A stretch of DNA of 56,849 nt from an uncultured Pelolinea sp. GTDB taxonomy: Bacteria > Chloroflexota > Anaerolineae > Anaerolineales > Anaerolineaceae. Positions 9,346 to 18,389 of the stretch are shown here, one piece after another. A model generated the notes under the pieces. The model saw nothing but the letters and a program-made list of their open reading frames with translations, was not told the origin of the DNA and ran no database searches. Position 1 is the stretch's first letter, and each line of letters starts with the position of its first letter. The translations under genes were made by a program, and so were the position numbers. The stretch lies in assembly GCA_964386805.1 (NCBI GenBank), contig CAYLUJ010000001.1, forward strand, positions 1 through 56,849. Direction: 5' to 3'.

Positions 9346-10335
9346 GTGATGGATACAATTTGGCCTATTGAAATTGGTATTACGCATTTTCTGCAAAGTG
9401 CAGGGGAATGGTTGTTAATTCCTTTGCGTCTGATCACCTTTTTAGGGAATGAACAATTTTATATGTTGATCATGCCCGCATTATATTGGTGCGTAGATTC
9501 AGTTCTGGGTTTGCGCATTGGAATCATGCTGCTCACCAGCGGAATTCTTAACGGAACTGCAAAATTGATCTTCAAAAGCCCGCGCCCGTATTGGTTCGAT
9601 GAAAAAGTAGCTGCGCACAGTTCTGAGAGTTCTTTTGGTATGCCCTCCGGCCATGCCATGAACTCCATGAGCGTTTGGGGGCTGTTAGCAACTTCCATCC
9701 GTAAAAAGAGCATTACGATCATCATCGCAATTGTAATTTTTCTAATTGGTTTATCACGTATTCTTCTAGGTGTGCATTTCACCTCGGATGTGCTGGTAGG
9801 TTGGATATTGGGGGCTATATTGCTGATTATCTTCCTGCGTCTTGAGAAACAGGTAGATGGCTGGGTGAAAAAACTATCCTTTGGGCGTTTTGTTCTAATC
9901 ATGTTTCTGATCTCTTTAGTTATAATTGCTATCAATGCCCTAATTATCCGCGCCAATGTGGATTGGCAAATCCCAGCCTCGTGGATCACAAATGCCACCG
10001 CTTCTGCCCCGGGGGGAGAGATCGATCCACTTTCTTTGGATGGCACCATTACCAACGCTGCAGTATTGTTCGGATTGGTGATTGGCGCAGTTTGGTTCAA
10101 TAGAGAGGGCGGTTTCGATGCAGGAGGGGTCTGGTGGCGCCGCCTGGTACGTTTTCTCATTGGGGTAACAGGGGTATTGATCCTTTGGGCTGGTTTAGGG
10201 AAGGTATTTCCAGATACAGCAAACCTGCTTGGGTTTACTCTGCGATATGTGCGCTATGCCCTAACCGGTGCATGGATTTCGGCCGGTGCACCATGGATAT
10301 TTATAAAACTTGGTTTAGCTGAGAAAAGAAGATAA
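9346..10335 (+). CDS. PAP2-superfamily membrane phosphatase
   Basis: Tripartite PAP2 motif: KSPRPY ... PSGH ... SRILLGVHFTSD. Multiple TM segments. Confidence 0.85.
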   Translation: MMDTIWPIEIGITHFLQSAGEWLLIPLRLITFLGNEQFYMLIMPALYWCVDSVLGLRIGIMLLTSGILNGTAKLIFKSPRPYWFDEKVAAHSSESSFGMPSGHAMNSMSVWGLLATSIRKKSITIIIAIVIFLIGLSRILLGVHFTSDVLVGWILGAILLIIFLRLEKQVDGWVKKLSFGRFVLIMFLISLVIIAINALIIRANVDWQIPASWITNATASAPGGEIDPLSLDGTITNAAVLFGLVIGAVWFNREGGFDAGGVWWRRLVRFLIGVTGVLILWAGLGKVFPDTANLLGFTLRYVRYALTGAWISAGAPWIFIKLGLAEKRR

Positions 10336-10366
10336 AAAAAGGAGGCGTTGAACGCCTCCTTTTTTT
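10334..10366. terminator. Bidirectional intrinsic terminator between convergent genes
   Basis: A7-GGAGGCG-ttgaa-CGCCTCC-T7 (stem 10341-10347 / 10353-10359). Confidence 0.75.
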
Positions 10367-10388
10367 ATCTTCTTTAAATCGCGATTTG

Positions 10389-10739
10389 TTAACCGTTTTT
10401 GAGTTCTTGAATTTTAGCTTTTTTGCCGTCGATTTGAGCCTTGACTCCTGCGATCTTTTTTGCCAATTCCTCAATAGCCGGATCCAGAGCAGCTCCTTTT
10501 GCCATTAGTTCAAGCGCTTTTTCACCAATTTCCACCTTTATTCCTTTGATCTCGGCTTCCAGTTTATCAATTTCTTGATTGATCTCAAAGGTTTTTACAG
10601 CATCACTGGCTTTTTCACTGACTTCTTTAATCCCTTTTTCCGCTTCATCTATTCCCTTTTTTAATCCTTTAGAAAGATCATCTAAAATGGGCACTTTATC
10701 CTCCAGAAATTTTGTTATTTTAAGAGAGTACAATGACAA
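10389..10739 (-). CDS. Hypothetical K/E-rich coiled-coil protein
   Basis: 116-aa ORF with heptad-like K/E/I pattern. TTG start and no evident SD, so gene status is uncertain. Confidence 0.45.
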   Translation of the reverse strand: MSLYSLKITKFLEDKVPILDDLSKGLKKGIDEAEKGIKEVSEKASDAVKTFEINQEIDKLEAEIKGIKVEIGEKALELMAKGAALDPAIEELAKKIAGVKAQIDGKKAKIQELKNG

Positions 10740-10921
10740 TCAGAAAAAGTCAAGAATAGGTTGTTAAAATTATTTTTTCTACTTGTACAATTCAACCAGA
10801 AATAATCAATATTAATTACAGATAATTTCGAACCAGGCGCTACAATGAAAATAATTGTCTTTTGCCGCATCGACATAGATCTCACCGCTATTGATGAGCA
10901 GCAGTAAATTGAAAATCTCAA

Positions 10922-11890
10922 TCATAAATAACTTCGGTTCTTAGTTGGCTGTGTTTTATCTCTCTTTCCATTTTTAGAAAGGCGCAACAGGAGAACCCCT
11001 CCTATGACCAAGAAGCCACCCACCAGTCCAACCATTCCTAAACGTTCCCCAAATATCAGAAATGCAAAGATGGATGTAAAGACCGGTTCTGAAGTGGCAA
11101 TTAAATTCGCCACACTGGCGGGGAGAGTCTGCATACTGATATTGTAAAGACCAAATCCCATCACCGTCGGTCCGGCCGCCAACAAAAACAAAAGCAGCCA
11201 TCCCTTCCAGTCACCTCCAAGCCAAAACAGGTCTATGGGGCGACTGGCTGCACCGGGTATCTTTAATCCCGGAATCAAATTAACGATCAGCAGGAACAGC
11301 CCGGCAAAGGCAAAAGTATACAAAATGGTGGTCCATGGATTCATGCCGCGTTGGTTGGCATTGCGTCCCATCAGACTGTACACAGCATAGCTCAAACCTG
11401 CCAGGATTCCACTTAATATTCCTGCGAGATTCGATTGCCAGGCAGCTTGTGTATAAGCTCCCGAAACCAACACGCAACCCGTTAAACTGCAAATGATCGC
11501 AACAATCTTGATCCATCCCAATTCTTCTTGTAATATCCAATATCCTAACAGTGCTGTAAAAGCAGCCGAGCAGTAGGATAAAACGGTTGCCACAGAGGCA
11601 CCATTCAACGAGACGGAAAGAGTCCAAAAAGAGTTGAACACAGCTAATACCAAGCCATAGATGATCAAATAAAAAAGCTGACCATTTTTTATCATTAGTA
11701 AATTGTGATGTTTGAAAAATAAAATTAGGAAAAGGGTAAAAACTACAAAAAAATCGCGCCAAAAAGCCAACACAAGAGCTGGAAGGCTGTAGTTTACAGT
11801 CAGGTAGCGGATAAAAATTGCAGTGGTTGATAAAAAGACAGCACTTGTCAGTGCAATGAAATAGGCTTTGTTTGCGGTTGGTTTATTCAT
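10922..11890 (-). CDS. EamA/DMT-superfamily transporter
   Basis: 322 aa with about 10 TM segments in two EamA-like halves. Confidence 0.85.
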   Translation of the reverse strand: MNKPTANKAYFIALTSAVFLSTTAIFIRYLTVNYSLPALVLAFWRDFFVVFTLFLILFFKHHNLLMIKNGQLFYLIIYGLVLAVFNSFWTLSVSLNGASVATVLSYCSAAFTALLGYWILQEELGWIKIVAIICSLTGCVLVSGAYTQAAWQSNLAGILSGILAGLSYAVYSLMGRNANQRGMNPWTTILYTFAFAGLFLLIVNLIPGLKIPGAASRPIDLFWLGGDWKGWLLLFLLAAGPTVMGFGLYNISMQTLPASVANLIATSEPVFTSIFAFLIFGERLGMVGLVGGFLVIGGVLLLRLSKNGKRDKTQPTKNRSYL

Positions 11891-12302
11891 TTAGCATCCA
11901 TGCGAGGTTTAGAGAATCAGCGTATGATTATATCCTTGATATGAATGTGAAAGACAAGTGTTTAAAGGATTTTCTACTTAGCAACAGCAAATTATCTCAA
12001 TAGCCAGTTTGTGAAAATTTACTCAAACTATGATAAGGGACACACTTTTGAATGAAAATTATGTGCAAGCAATCGGGGTAGATGGATATGCCCAAAACTT
12101 CTCTATCGTCGTGGAAAAAGCGAAAGAGCCAATAGAAATTTAGCAGTGTGTGGCAAAAAAACAGATTGCGAAAATAAAGTAATCCGTTTTTATTGCATTC
12201 AACATACCAAACGTGAATTGATCAGGAATGTTTGTAGATCCTGCAGATCAAGGAGCTGCATTTTATAACAATACTTCAATCTGTCTATCCGAATTTATTC
12301 AT

Positions 12303-12683
12303 TTACATGTTTTTTAATTGTTTTTGTCGGATAACAACAAAGTAGACAACTAATAAAAGGGCCACTAAATTTATGATCAAGTTAACCAGATCGTAGAAAC
12401 CGAACTCGTCTGTGAAGGTCAATACGATATTGATTACCAACCATACTAGGGTAAATGTGGCAAATCCCTTTTTCTCAAAACCCCAGGCACACACTCCAAA
12501 AATAGCAGCGTTCCCGAGCATTAGAACGGTCAAAATGAATATTAGACCACTGGTCATTTCTAATGAGGGGATTCTGTTCATCGTTGTCAGAATCGCGAAT
12601 GCAATCCATTCAAGCACAAATATACCAAGGAAAAATTTGATCAGAAGAATTAACCTTCTTCCTCTTTTTTCTTTCGCTTGCAT
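12303..12683 (-). CDS. Hypothetical 4-TM membrane protein
   Basis: 126-aa hydrophobic ORF. SD GGGAGG precedes the ATG. Confidence 0.55.
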   Translation of the reverse strand: MQAKEKRGRRLILLIKFFLGIFVLEWIAFAILTTMNRIPSLEMTSGLIFILTVLMLGNAAIFGVCAWGFEKKGFATFTLVWLVINIVLTFTDEFGFYDLVNLIINLVALLLVVYFVVIRQKQLKNM

Positions 12684-12928
12684 TCCAACCTCCCGGGTAC
12701 ACTAGATCTCTATCTTGAATTATATCGCTCCACGGCACAATGCATTTATTTTCAAAACCACCTTTTCTTCCACTACCTCTGTTCATGGTTTGTACATTTC
12801 TGGATCGGTTATCAATTTGGGATTCGTTTCCAAATATTCTTTGTTATATTCAAAGGTCTTGATTTTTATTCAAAAATGTTATATATTTATCACAAATAGA
12901 TATAAATATATAACAGTCAGGAGAAAAA

Positions 12929-13271
12929 ATGATGAAAAATAAGCTTGCGTACTTCGGATTAATCGGGTTTTTAGGCATCCTTGGAATTGTCACGGACAAT
13001 AAATACTTTCTTGCGTTCTTTGCGTACTTTGTTTTTTTTTCGTTATCTTACTGTCAAGCCTGATGAATTATTTAAACTGAATGTCCAAAGGGCTGCCACC
13101 CCTGCTTTTTTCGCTGGGGTTGCAGGGCAAGCTATAACTCTTGCTATTACGGCTTTTACAAGAAGCATTGTACAAATAATCACAGGGTTCTCACTTAGTT
13201 TTTCAGTTTCAGTTGTTATATTCATCATCATATTAACAACCTTTGAATATAAAGAGTCAAGGGGTATTTAA
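12929..13271 (+). pseudogene. DUF3796-like small membrane protein gene interrupted by a frameshift in a T9 run
   Basis: SD AGGAGA, then ATG at 12929 giving MMKNKLAYFGLIGFLGILGIV...FVFF, stopping at 13061-13063. The +1 frame continues RYLTVKPDELFKLNVQRAATPAFF... to 13271. Removing one T from T9 (13032-13040) fuses them into a ~113-aa protein of the type usually found just upstream of small XRE regulators. Confidence 0.6.
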
Positions 13272-13274
13272 ACC

Positions 13275-13478
13275 ATGCCTATCACAACAAGAATAAAGGA
13301 GTATAGAGCCAAGTTTGATTTAACTCAGGAAGAATTAGCTGATCTAGTGAACGTCAGACGTGAAACAATCGGTCATTTGGAAAATGGCAAATATAATCCT
13401 TCCTTAAAGTTAGCACTTGATATCGCTAATGTATTTCATACGACAGTTGAAGATGTATTCACAATTACAGAAGAATAA
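13275..13478 (+). CDS. XRE-family helix-turn-helix transcriptional regulator (67 aa)
   Basis: [38 protein letters not shown] is a canonical Cro/C1-type HTH. Confidence 0.9.
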   Translation: MPITTRIKEYRAKFDLTQEELADLVNVRRETIGHLENGKYNPSLKLALDIANVFHTTVEDVFTITEE

Positions 13479-13599
13479 GAATCGCGTGGAAGAATAACAA
13501 GAACCCGATTAAAAATAATGTTCCTATTCCGTTCAGGTTATTTTTATTAAAACCAATTTATATTTTTTCTAGAATCAAATTTAACACTCTATGGTTTAA

Positions 13600-13626
13600 A
13601 TAAAAAAGAGGCCCTTTAGGACCTCT
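13600..13626 (-). terminator. Intrinsic terminator after degV
   Basis: Minus strand: GAGGTCC-taaa-GGGCCTC followed by TTTTTTATTT, 14 nt after the stop at 13640. Confidence 0.65.
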
Positions 13627-13639
13627 TCCGGTATTTTCT

Positions 13640-14500
13640 CTAGAATCCTTCAAAAATCGCAGCCGGTGCGTAGCTGATCCCTACCAGGCTGGATCCGGTA
13701 TGCGCTCCAAGCACCAGAGAAAGCTGGCAGATGGGATACCAAATAGTTTTAAAAGCCGCATCCACTTGTGATTTCAAAGATTCAGCCCCTTCTAGATTGG
13801 CAGCATGAACAACCTGTGCAACCATCTCTTCTTCGGGTTTGATTGTTTTCCCGATAAGGTTTACCAATCCCTGCAGAGCAGATTTAAAGGATCGCGCCTG
13901 ACCCAATTGGGCATAATTGCCCTTTACATTATCCACGCCGATCAGAGGTTTAATGTTCAATATTGAAGCCAGCAGCCCTTTCATGTGGCTGATACGACCT
14001 CCATTGATTAGATATTTCAATTCTTGAAGGGTATAGATAGTACGAGTGGATTCTGATATTCTACGGAGAAGTGGAACAATTTGTTCCTTTGTCCAGCCTG
14101 CCGCAGCCGCTTTGGCTGCCGTCATAACCTGCCAACCGGCCCCGATCGAAAGCGTCTTCGTATCGAATACGGTCACATTTGCTTCAGGAACCATTTTTGC
14201 TGCTGCTTCAGCCGAATTTACTGTACCACTCAATCCGGATGAAATATGAATGGAAAGGATGTCCTTATCTTCTTTTGCCAATTTTCTATACAATTCTGCA
14301 AACTCACCGGCAGATGGTTGTGATGTTTTTGGTAGAATTTCACTGCTTTCCATCGTCGCATAGAAATTATTTAAATCAACACCCTGCCCATCAAGATAAG
14401 TTTTTTCGCCAATATTCACTTTTAGTGAAACTTCATAGATCTCAAATCCTTTTAAATTCATACAGCGTGTATCAGTACCAGAATCCGTTACTATTTTCAT
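13640..14500 (-). CDS. DegV-family fatty-acid-binding protein
   Basis: MKIVTDSGTD...TSQPS...ILSIHISSGLSGT... are DegV hallmarks. Start is taken at the second Met of the track ORF. Confidence 0.85.
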   Translation of the reverse strand: MKIVTDSGTDTRCMNLKGFEIYEVSLKVNIGEKTYLDGQGVDLNNFYATMESSEILPKTSQPSAGEFAELYRKLAKEDKDILSIHISSGLSGTVNSAEAAAKMVPEANVTVFDTKTLSIGAGWQVMTAAKAAAAGWTKEQIVPLLRRISESTRTIYTLQELKYLINGGRISHMKGLLASILNIKPLIGVDNVKGNYAQLGQARSFKSALQGLVNLIGKTIKPEEEMVAQVVHAANLEGAESLKSQVDAAFKTIWYPICQLSLVLGAHTGSSLVGISYAPAAIFEGF

Positions 14501-14774
14501 TTTTTTACCCAATCTGCCATTTGTTAATTTTTGTGACCGAACAATTCTACTTTGCTCCCTGAAAAAGATGGACTATATTGAATAATAATCTCGTATTCAC
14601 TTTTGTAACGAGAAACGATTACCATGGTCACCATCGAATTTCTTTCAGCAAATCACGGCGCTAAAACGATGTGTGTGAGTCAGATCGCCATATTAACGAT
14701 CCCTTAGAATAATCGGAGCATTTTTATCGCATTTTATTATTCTGTATAATTAAAATAAAGAAAGGAGATATTCT

Positions 14775-15560
14775 ATGCCTGCGAAAAATTTGCAAGACGA
14801 AAAGACCTACCAGGGTCTAAGACGGTTCAACCTTATCATGGGTTTCCTCCATCTCATTCAGGGAGTCTTCATGTGGGTGATCAGCAATGATACAACTTAT
14901 CCTATTTATACAAATTATTTGAAGTTCAACACTACCACACTCACTCTCACCCCTGATCCGAAACTGTTCTACGAACTTCCCTTCGGTCCGGCAGTAGCGG
15001 TGTTCCTGCTCATTTCAGCGGTGGCACATTTCTACCTGGCAACAGTTGGTTATCCGTCGTATGTAAAAAATCTAAAAAAGGGGATGAACCCAGTCAGATT
15101 CTACGAATATGCCCTCAGTTCTTCGCTGATGATCGTACTGATCGGCATGCTGGTAGGCATCTGGGATCTGGGAAGCATGATTCTGATGTTCGGATTGAAT
15201 GCCATGATGAACTTCTTTGGAATCATGATGGAGCGTCATAACCAAACAACTGAAAAAACGGATTGGCATTCATTTGTCTATGGAAGTATTGCAGGGATCA
15301 TTCCCTGGATCGTCATCATGATCTACTTCCTTAGCGCACTTTCATCCTCCGATGCCAAACCGCCAGCGTTCGTATACGCCATTATTCCAACCATTTTCGT
15401 GTTCTTTGACAGTTTTGCTGTCAATATGGTTTTGCAATATAAGAAGATTGGGCGCTGGAAGGATTATTTATATGGAGAAAGAGTTTATATCATCCTCAGC
15501 CTGGTCGCCAAGACCGCGCTAGCCTGGCAGATCTTCGCCGGAACACTGGCTCCTATTTAG
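14775..15560 (+). CDS. Heliorhodopsin (7-TM retinal protein, inverted topology family)
   Basis: 261 aa, 7 TM. C-terminal block YGERVYIILSLVAKTALAWQIFAGTL (candidate Schiff-base Lys246, codon 15510-15512) and TM3 block RFYEYALSSSLMIVL (Glu111, codon 15105-15107) closely match heliorhodopsin hallmark regions as I remember them. SD AAGGAGA is 7 nt before the ATG. Confidence 0.85.
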   Translation: MPAKNLQDEKTYQGLRRFNLIMGFLHLIQGVFMWVISNDTTYPIYTNYLKFNTTTLTLTPDPKLFYELPFGPAVAVFLLISAVAHFYLATVGYPSYVKNLKKGMNPVRFYEYALSSSLMIVLIGMLVGIWDLGSMILMFGLNAMMNFFGIMMERHNQTTEKTDWHSFVYGSIAGIIPWIVIMIYFLSALSSSDAKPPAFVYAIIPTIFVFFDSFAVNMVLQYKKIGRWKDYLYGERVYIILSLVAKTALAWQIFAGTLAPI

Positions 15561-15566
15561 ATCAAG

Positions 15567-15596
15567 AAAGAGCGGTGAAATTTTTCATCGCTCTTT
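15567..15596. terminator. Stem-loop between convergent heliorhodopsin and typA genes; probable bidirectional terminator
   Basis: AAAGAGCG-(14 nt)-CGCTCTTT, flanked by A/T-rich sequence. Confidence 0.55.
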
Positions 15597-15608
15597 CCAT
15601 TTATTCAA

Positions 15609-17468
15609 TTATTCTTCTTCAAGTGCTTTTCTGGCGTTTTTTTCCAGTTTTCCCCGTTCTTCACTATCTAGAATGCGTTTACGAATGCGATACGCCTGTG
15701 GCGTAACCTCAAGCAGCTCATCATCTGTCAAATATTCAATGGCTTCATCCAGGCTCATCTCCCTTGGAGTAGTAAGACGAATCTCAATATCTTTGTTGGA
15801 TGAACGCATATTGGTAAGATGTTTCTGTTTACATACATTAATGGTCAGGTCACCTGGGCGAGTATATTCCCCGATCACCATCCCTTCATAAACATCCACA
15901 CCTGCTCCATAAAAAAGCGTACCGCGTTCTTCAGCATTCTTTAACCCATAGGTGCTAGTAACACCTGTCTCCCATGCTACCAACGATCCAGTGTAGCGCG
16001 TTGCAAGTGCTCCAGAAGCTACATCATAACCATGAAAGAGAGTATTCATAACGCCCAAGCCACGGGTTGCTGTTAAGAACTGATATCTGAATCCCAGCAA
16101 TCCACGTGTTGGGACAATGTAAACGATACGTACACTACCATCTGTATTTTCCTGCATATCCTTCATGCTGCCGTGCCGTTTTCCAAGCATTTCGACCACA
16201 GCGCCAATCGTAACAGAGCTGGTTTCAATATACACTTCTTCATACGGTTCCAGGAGAGTGCCATCTTTGGTTTTATGATAGATCACCTCAGGTCGCGAAA
16301 CCTGAAATTCATAACCTTCGCGGCGCATGGTTTCGATAAGGATCGCTAGATGCAGTTCACCTCTCCCAGAAACCAGGAATGAATCAGTACTATCGGTTTC
16401 TTCCACACGTAGCGCCACATTGGTACGCAGTTCTGCAAACAGCCGTTCACGTATTTTACGAGAGGTGCCCCAACGTCCTTCTCTTCCCGAAAATGGAGAG
16501 GTGTTTACACCAAAGGTCATGCGTACCGTAGGTTCTTCCACACGAATCGGCGGTAAAGGATCAGGATGTTCGGGATCGGACAGAGTTTCACCAATAGCGA
16601 TGCCCTCCAACCCCGCCAGGGTGATGATCTCACCAGCTGCTGCTTCATCTACTTCAATACGTTCCAGACCTTTATGAATATAGAGATACTGGGCAGTTTC
16701 AGCGATCTGTTCTCCATCCAGGGTTATTCTTGTAAGAGTTTGCCCAACATGGATCCTCCCGGCATAAATGCGCCCCATAGCAGTCACCCCGCGGTAATCA
16801 TCATAACCAAGGTTGGTGACCAGCATGCGATAAGGTGCATCCATATCCACTTTCGGTGCAGGAATATAACGCAAAATTGTTGAAAACAATGGCTGTAGGT
16901 CTGGTCCTAATTCAGGGGTTAAGCCAGCCCGCGCAGAAGTTGCACTGGCAAAGATCACAGGGAAATCTGCTTGTTCGTTGGAAGCACCCAGATCAATAAA
17001 AAGGTCAAAGGTTTGGTTCAACGCTCTTTCTGGTTCAGCATCCTTGCGATCAACTTTATTAATGACAACAATCGCTTTATGTCCCATTTCAAGCGCTTTT
17101 TTCAGTACAAAACGGGTTTGCGGCATGGGGCCTTCCGCAGCATCTACTAGCAGTAGAACGCCATCCACCATGTTCATCACACGTTCTACCTCGCCGCCGA
17201 AATCGGCATGTCCGGGTGTATCGACAATATTGATCTTCACTTGCTGCTTGGTTGTGGGATCATATACAGAGATAGCAGTATTTTTCGCCAGAATGGTGAT
17301 TCCGCGTTCGCGTTCCAGATCATTTGAATCCATCACACGCTCAGCCACCTGCTGATTTTCACGGAAGGTATTCGCTTGTCGCAACAAGCCATCCACCAAG
17401 GTGGTTTTTCCATGATCTACATGAGCTATAATGGCAATATTTCGTATGTCAGTTCGTTCAATAAGCAT
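15609..17468 (-). CDS. typA: Translational GTPase TypA/BipA
   Basis: [19 protein letters not shown]...[14 protein letters not shown]...NKVDR, with full-length EF-G-like architecture (619 aa). Confidence 0.97.
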   Translation of the reverse strand: MLIERTDIRNIAIIAHVDHGKTTLVDGLLRQANTFRENQQVAERVMDSNDLERERGITILAKNTAISVYDPTTKQQVKINIVDTPGHADFGGEVERVMNMVDGVLLLVDAAEGPMPQTRFVLKKALEMGHKAIVVINKVDRKDAEPERALNQTFDLFIDLGASNEQADFPVIFASATSARAGLTPELGPDLQPLFSTILRYIPAPKVDMDAPYRMLVTNLGYDDYRGVTAMGRIYAGRIHVGQTLTRITLDGEQIAETAQYLYIHKGLERIEVDEAAAGEIITLAGLEGIAIGETLSDPEHPDPLPPIRVEEPTVRMTFGVNTSPFSGREGRWGTSRKIRERLFAELRTNVALRVEETDSTDSFLVSGRGELHLAILIETMRREGYEFQVSRPEVIYHKTKDGTLLEPYEEVYIETSSVTIGAVVEMLGKRHGSMKDMQENTDGSVRIVYIVPTRGLLGFRYQFLTATRGLGVMNTLFHGYDVASGALATRYTGSLVAWETGVTSTYGLKNAEERGTLFYGAGVDVYEGMVIGEYTRPGDLTINVCKQKHLTNMRSSNKDIEIRLTTPREMSLDEAIEYLTDDELLEVTPQAYRIRKRILDSEERGKLEKNARKALEEE

Positions 17469-17486
17469 TCTAACCTTTTTTTCATT

Positions 17487-17520
17487 AAAAAACCCGGCTT
17501 CACTTTGCCGAGGTTTTTTA
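17487..17520. other. A6-hairpin-T6 element in the typA 5' leader
   Basis: AAAAAACCCGGC-ttcacttt-GCCGAGGTTTTTT lies 20-50 nt upstream of the typA start. It is terminator-like on either strand, with no convergent gene to terminate. Confidence 0.35.
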
Positions 17521-17772
17521 ATGAAGAGCGGGGCTTATCTTATCAGATTGCACAGGGTTTGAATAGGGGGTATTTCTGAGAAATTCTATCTATTAACCAT
17601 GATTAATACTTTGCTGCCATCGGAATGGAACGTATTTCTTTACAAGCAGTTTGAATATTTTTTGATTTCACCCAGGTTGGAAAAACATAAGAAAAAGTTT
17701 AGGGAAAATTAGCTCTGTAATCCGAGTTATTCTCAGTTACTGCCATTACAATAAAGCTTATAGGAGTACAGT

Positions 17773-18375
17773 ATGGCAGACCAATTCCCTTTTGATGAAG
17801 AATTTCATGAACTGAAAATAATTGGCAAGGATTTCAGCCATGCAACCATTGAAAGCAGAGATTTTGAAAGCTGTACTTTTACAAACTGCCAGATGGAAGA
17901 AACTGTCTTTCGTTACTGCCATTTCCGCGATTGCATCTTTGAACAAAGTGACTTGAACCTAGCGCAATTTGAGCACTGCCGTTTTCAAAATACGACCTTC
18001 CGCAAAACACGTCTGGTGGGGATAGACTGGACAAAACTGGAGTGGAGAAAGAATCAGCTTCAACCGATTTTCCATTTTTCTCAATGTAATCTTAGCTATA
18101 CTAATTTCTTTGAATGCCCATTAAAAGGGAGCACATTCTCTGATTGTCTTCTACAGGAAGCTGATTTCGCAGAAGCCGACTTGAGCACCTGCAATTTTCA
18201 GCGCGCTGATCTTGCCCGGGCGCGTTTTCTCCATACCAACTTGACCGACACTGATTTTACCAATGCACAGCAGTACGATATCAATGCATCAAATAACCTT
18301 CTAAAAAGGACAAAATTCAGCCTGCCTGAAGCCGTGGCATTACTGCACAGTTTGGATATCATTCTCGAAGAATAA
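17773..18375 (+). CDS. Pentapeptide-repeat protein
   Basis: Tandem A(D/N)LxX-type repeats throughout (ADLSTCNFQRADLARARFLHTNLTDTDF...). Confidence 0.85.
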   Translation: MADQFPFDEEFHELKIIGKDFSHATIESRDFESCTFTNCQMEETVFRYCHFRDCIFEQSDLNLAQFEHCRFQNTTFRKTRLVGIDWTKLEWRKNQLQPIFHFSQCNLSYTNFFECPLKGSTFSDCLLQEADFAEADLSTCNFQRADLARARFLHTNLTDTDFTNAQQYDINASNNLLKRTKFSLPEAVALLHSLDIILEE

Positions 18376-18389
18376 AAACTAATCCGTTA

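Noticed and set aside
9459-10160. Long antisense ORFs in the track, e.g. 9459-10160(-), 2750-3103(-), 2892-3326(-), 16327-16677(+), 46189-46797(+), 47590-48072(+), 28832-29179(+), 11280-11762(-).
   Set aside because: Each lies fully inside a well-supported gene on the opposite strand or in another frame. They have biased, low-complexity composition (Ser/Arg/Pro-rich) and no recognisable family or SD, so they are shadow ORFs.
12030-12143. Short ORF MIRDTLLNENYVQAIGVDGYAQNFSIVVEKAKEPIEI, resembling the C-terminal tail of cobalamin-binding (corrinoid) domain proteins; a possible gene remnant.
   Set aside because: It covers only ~35 residues of weak similarity recalled from memory, has no SD, and no upstream remainder. 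That is too little to support a feature.
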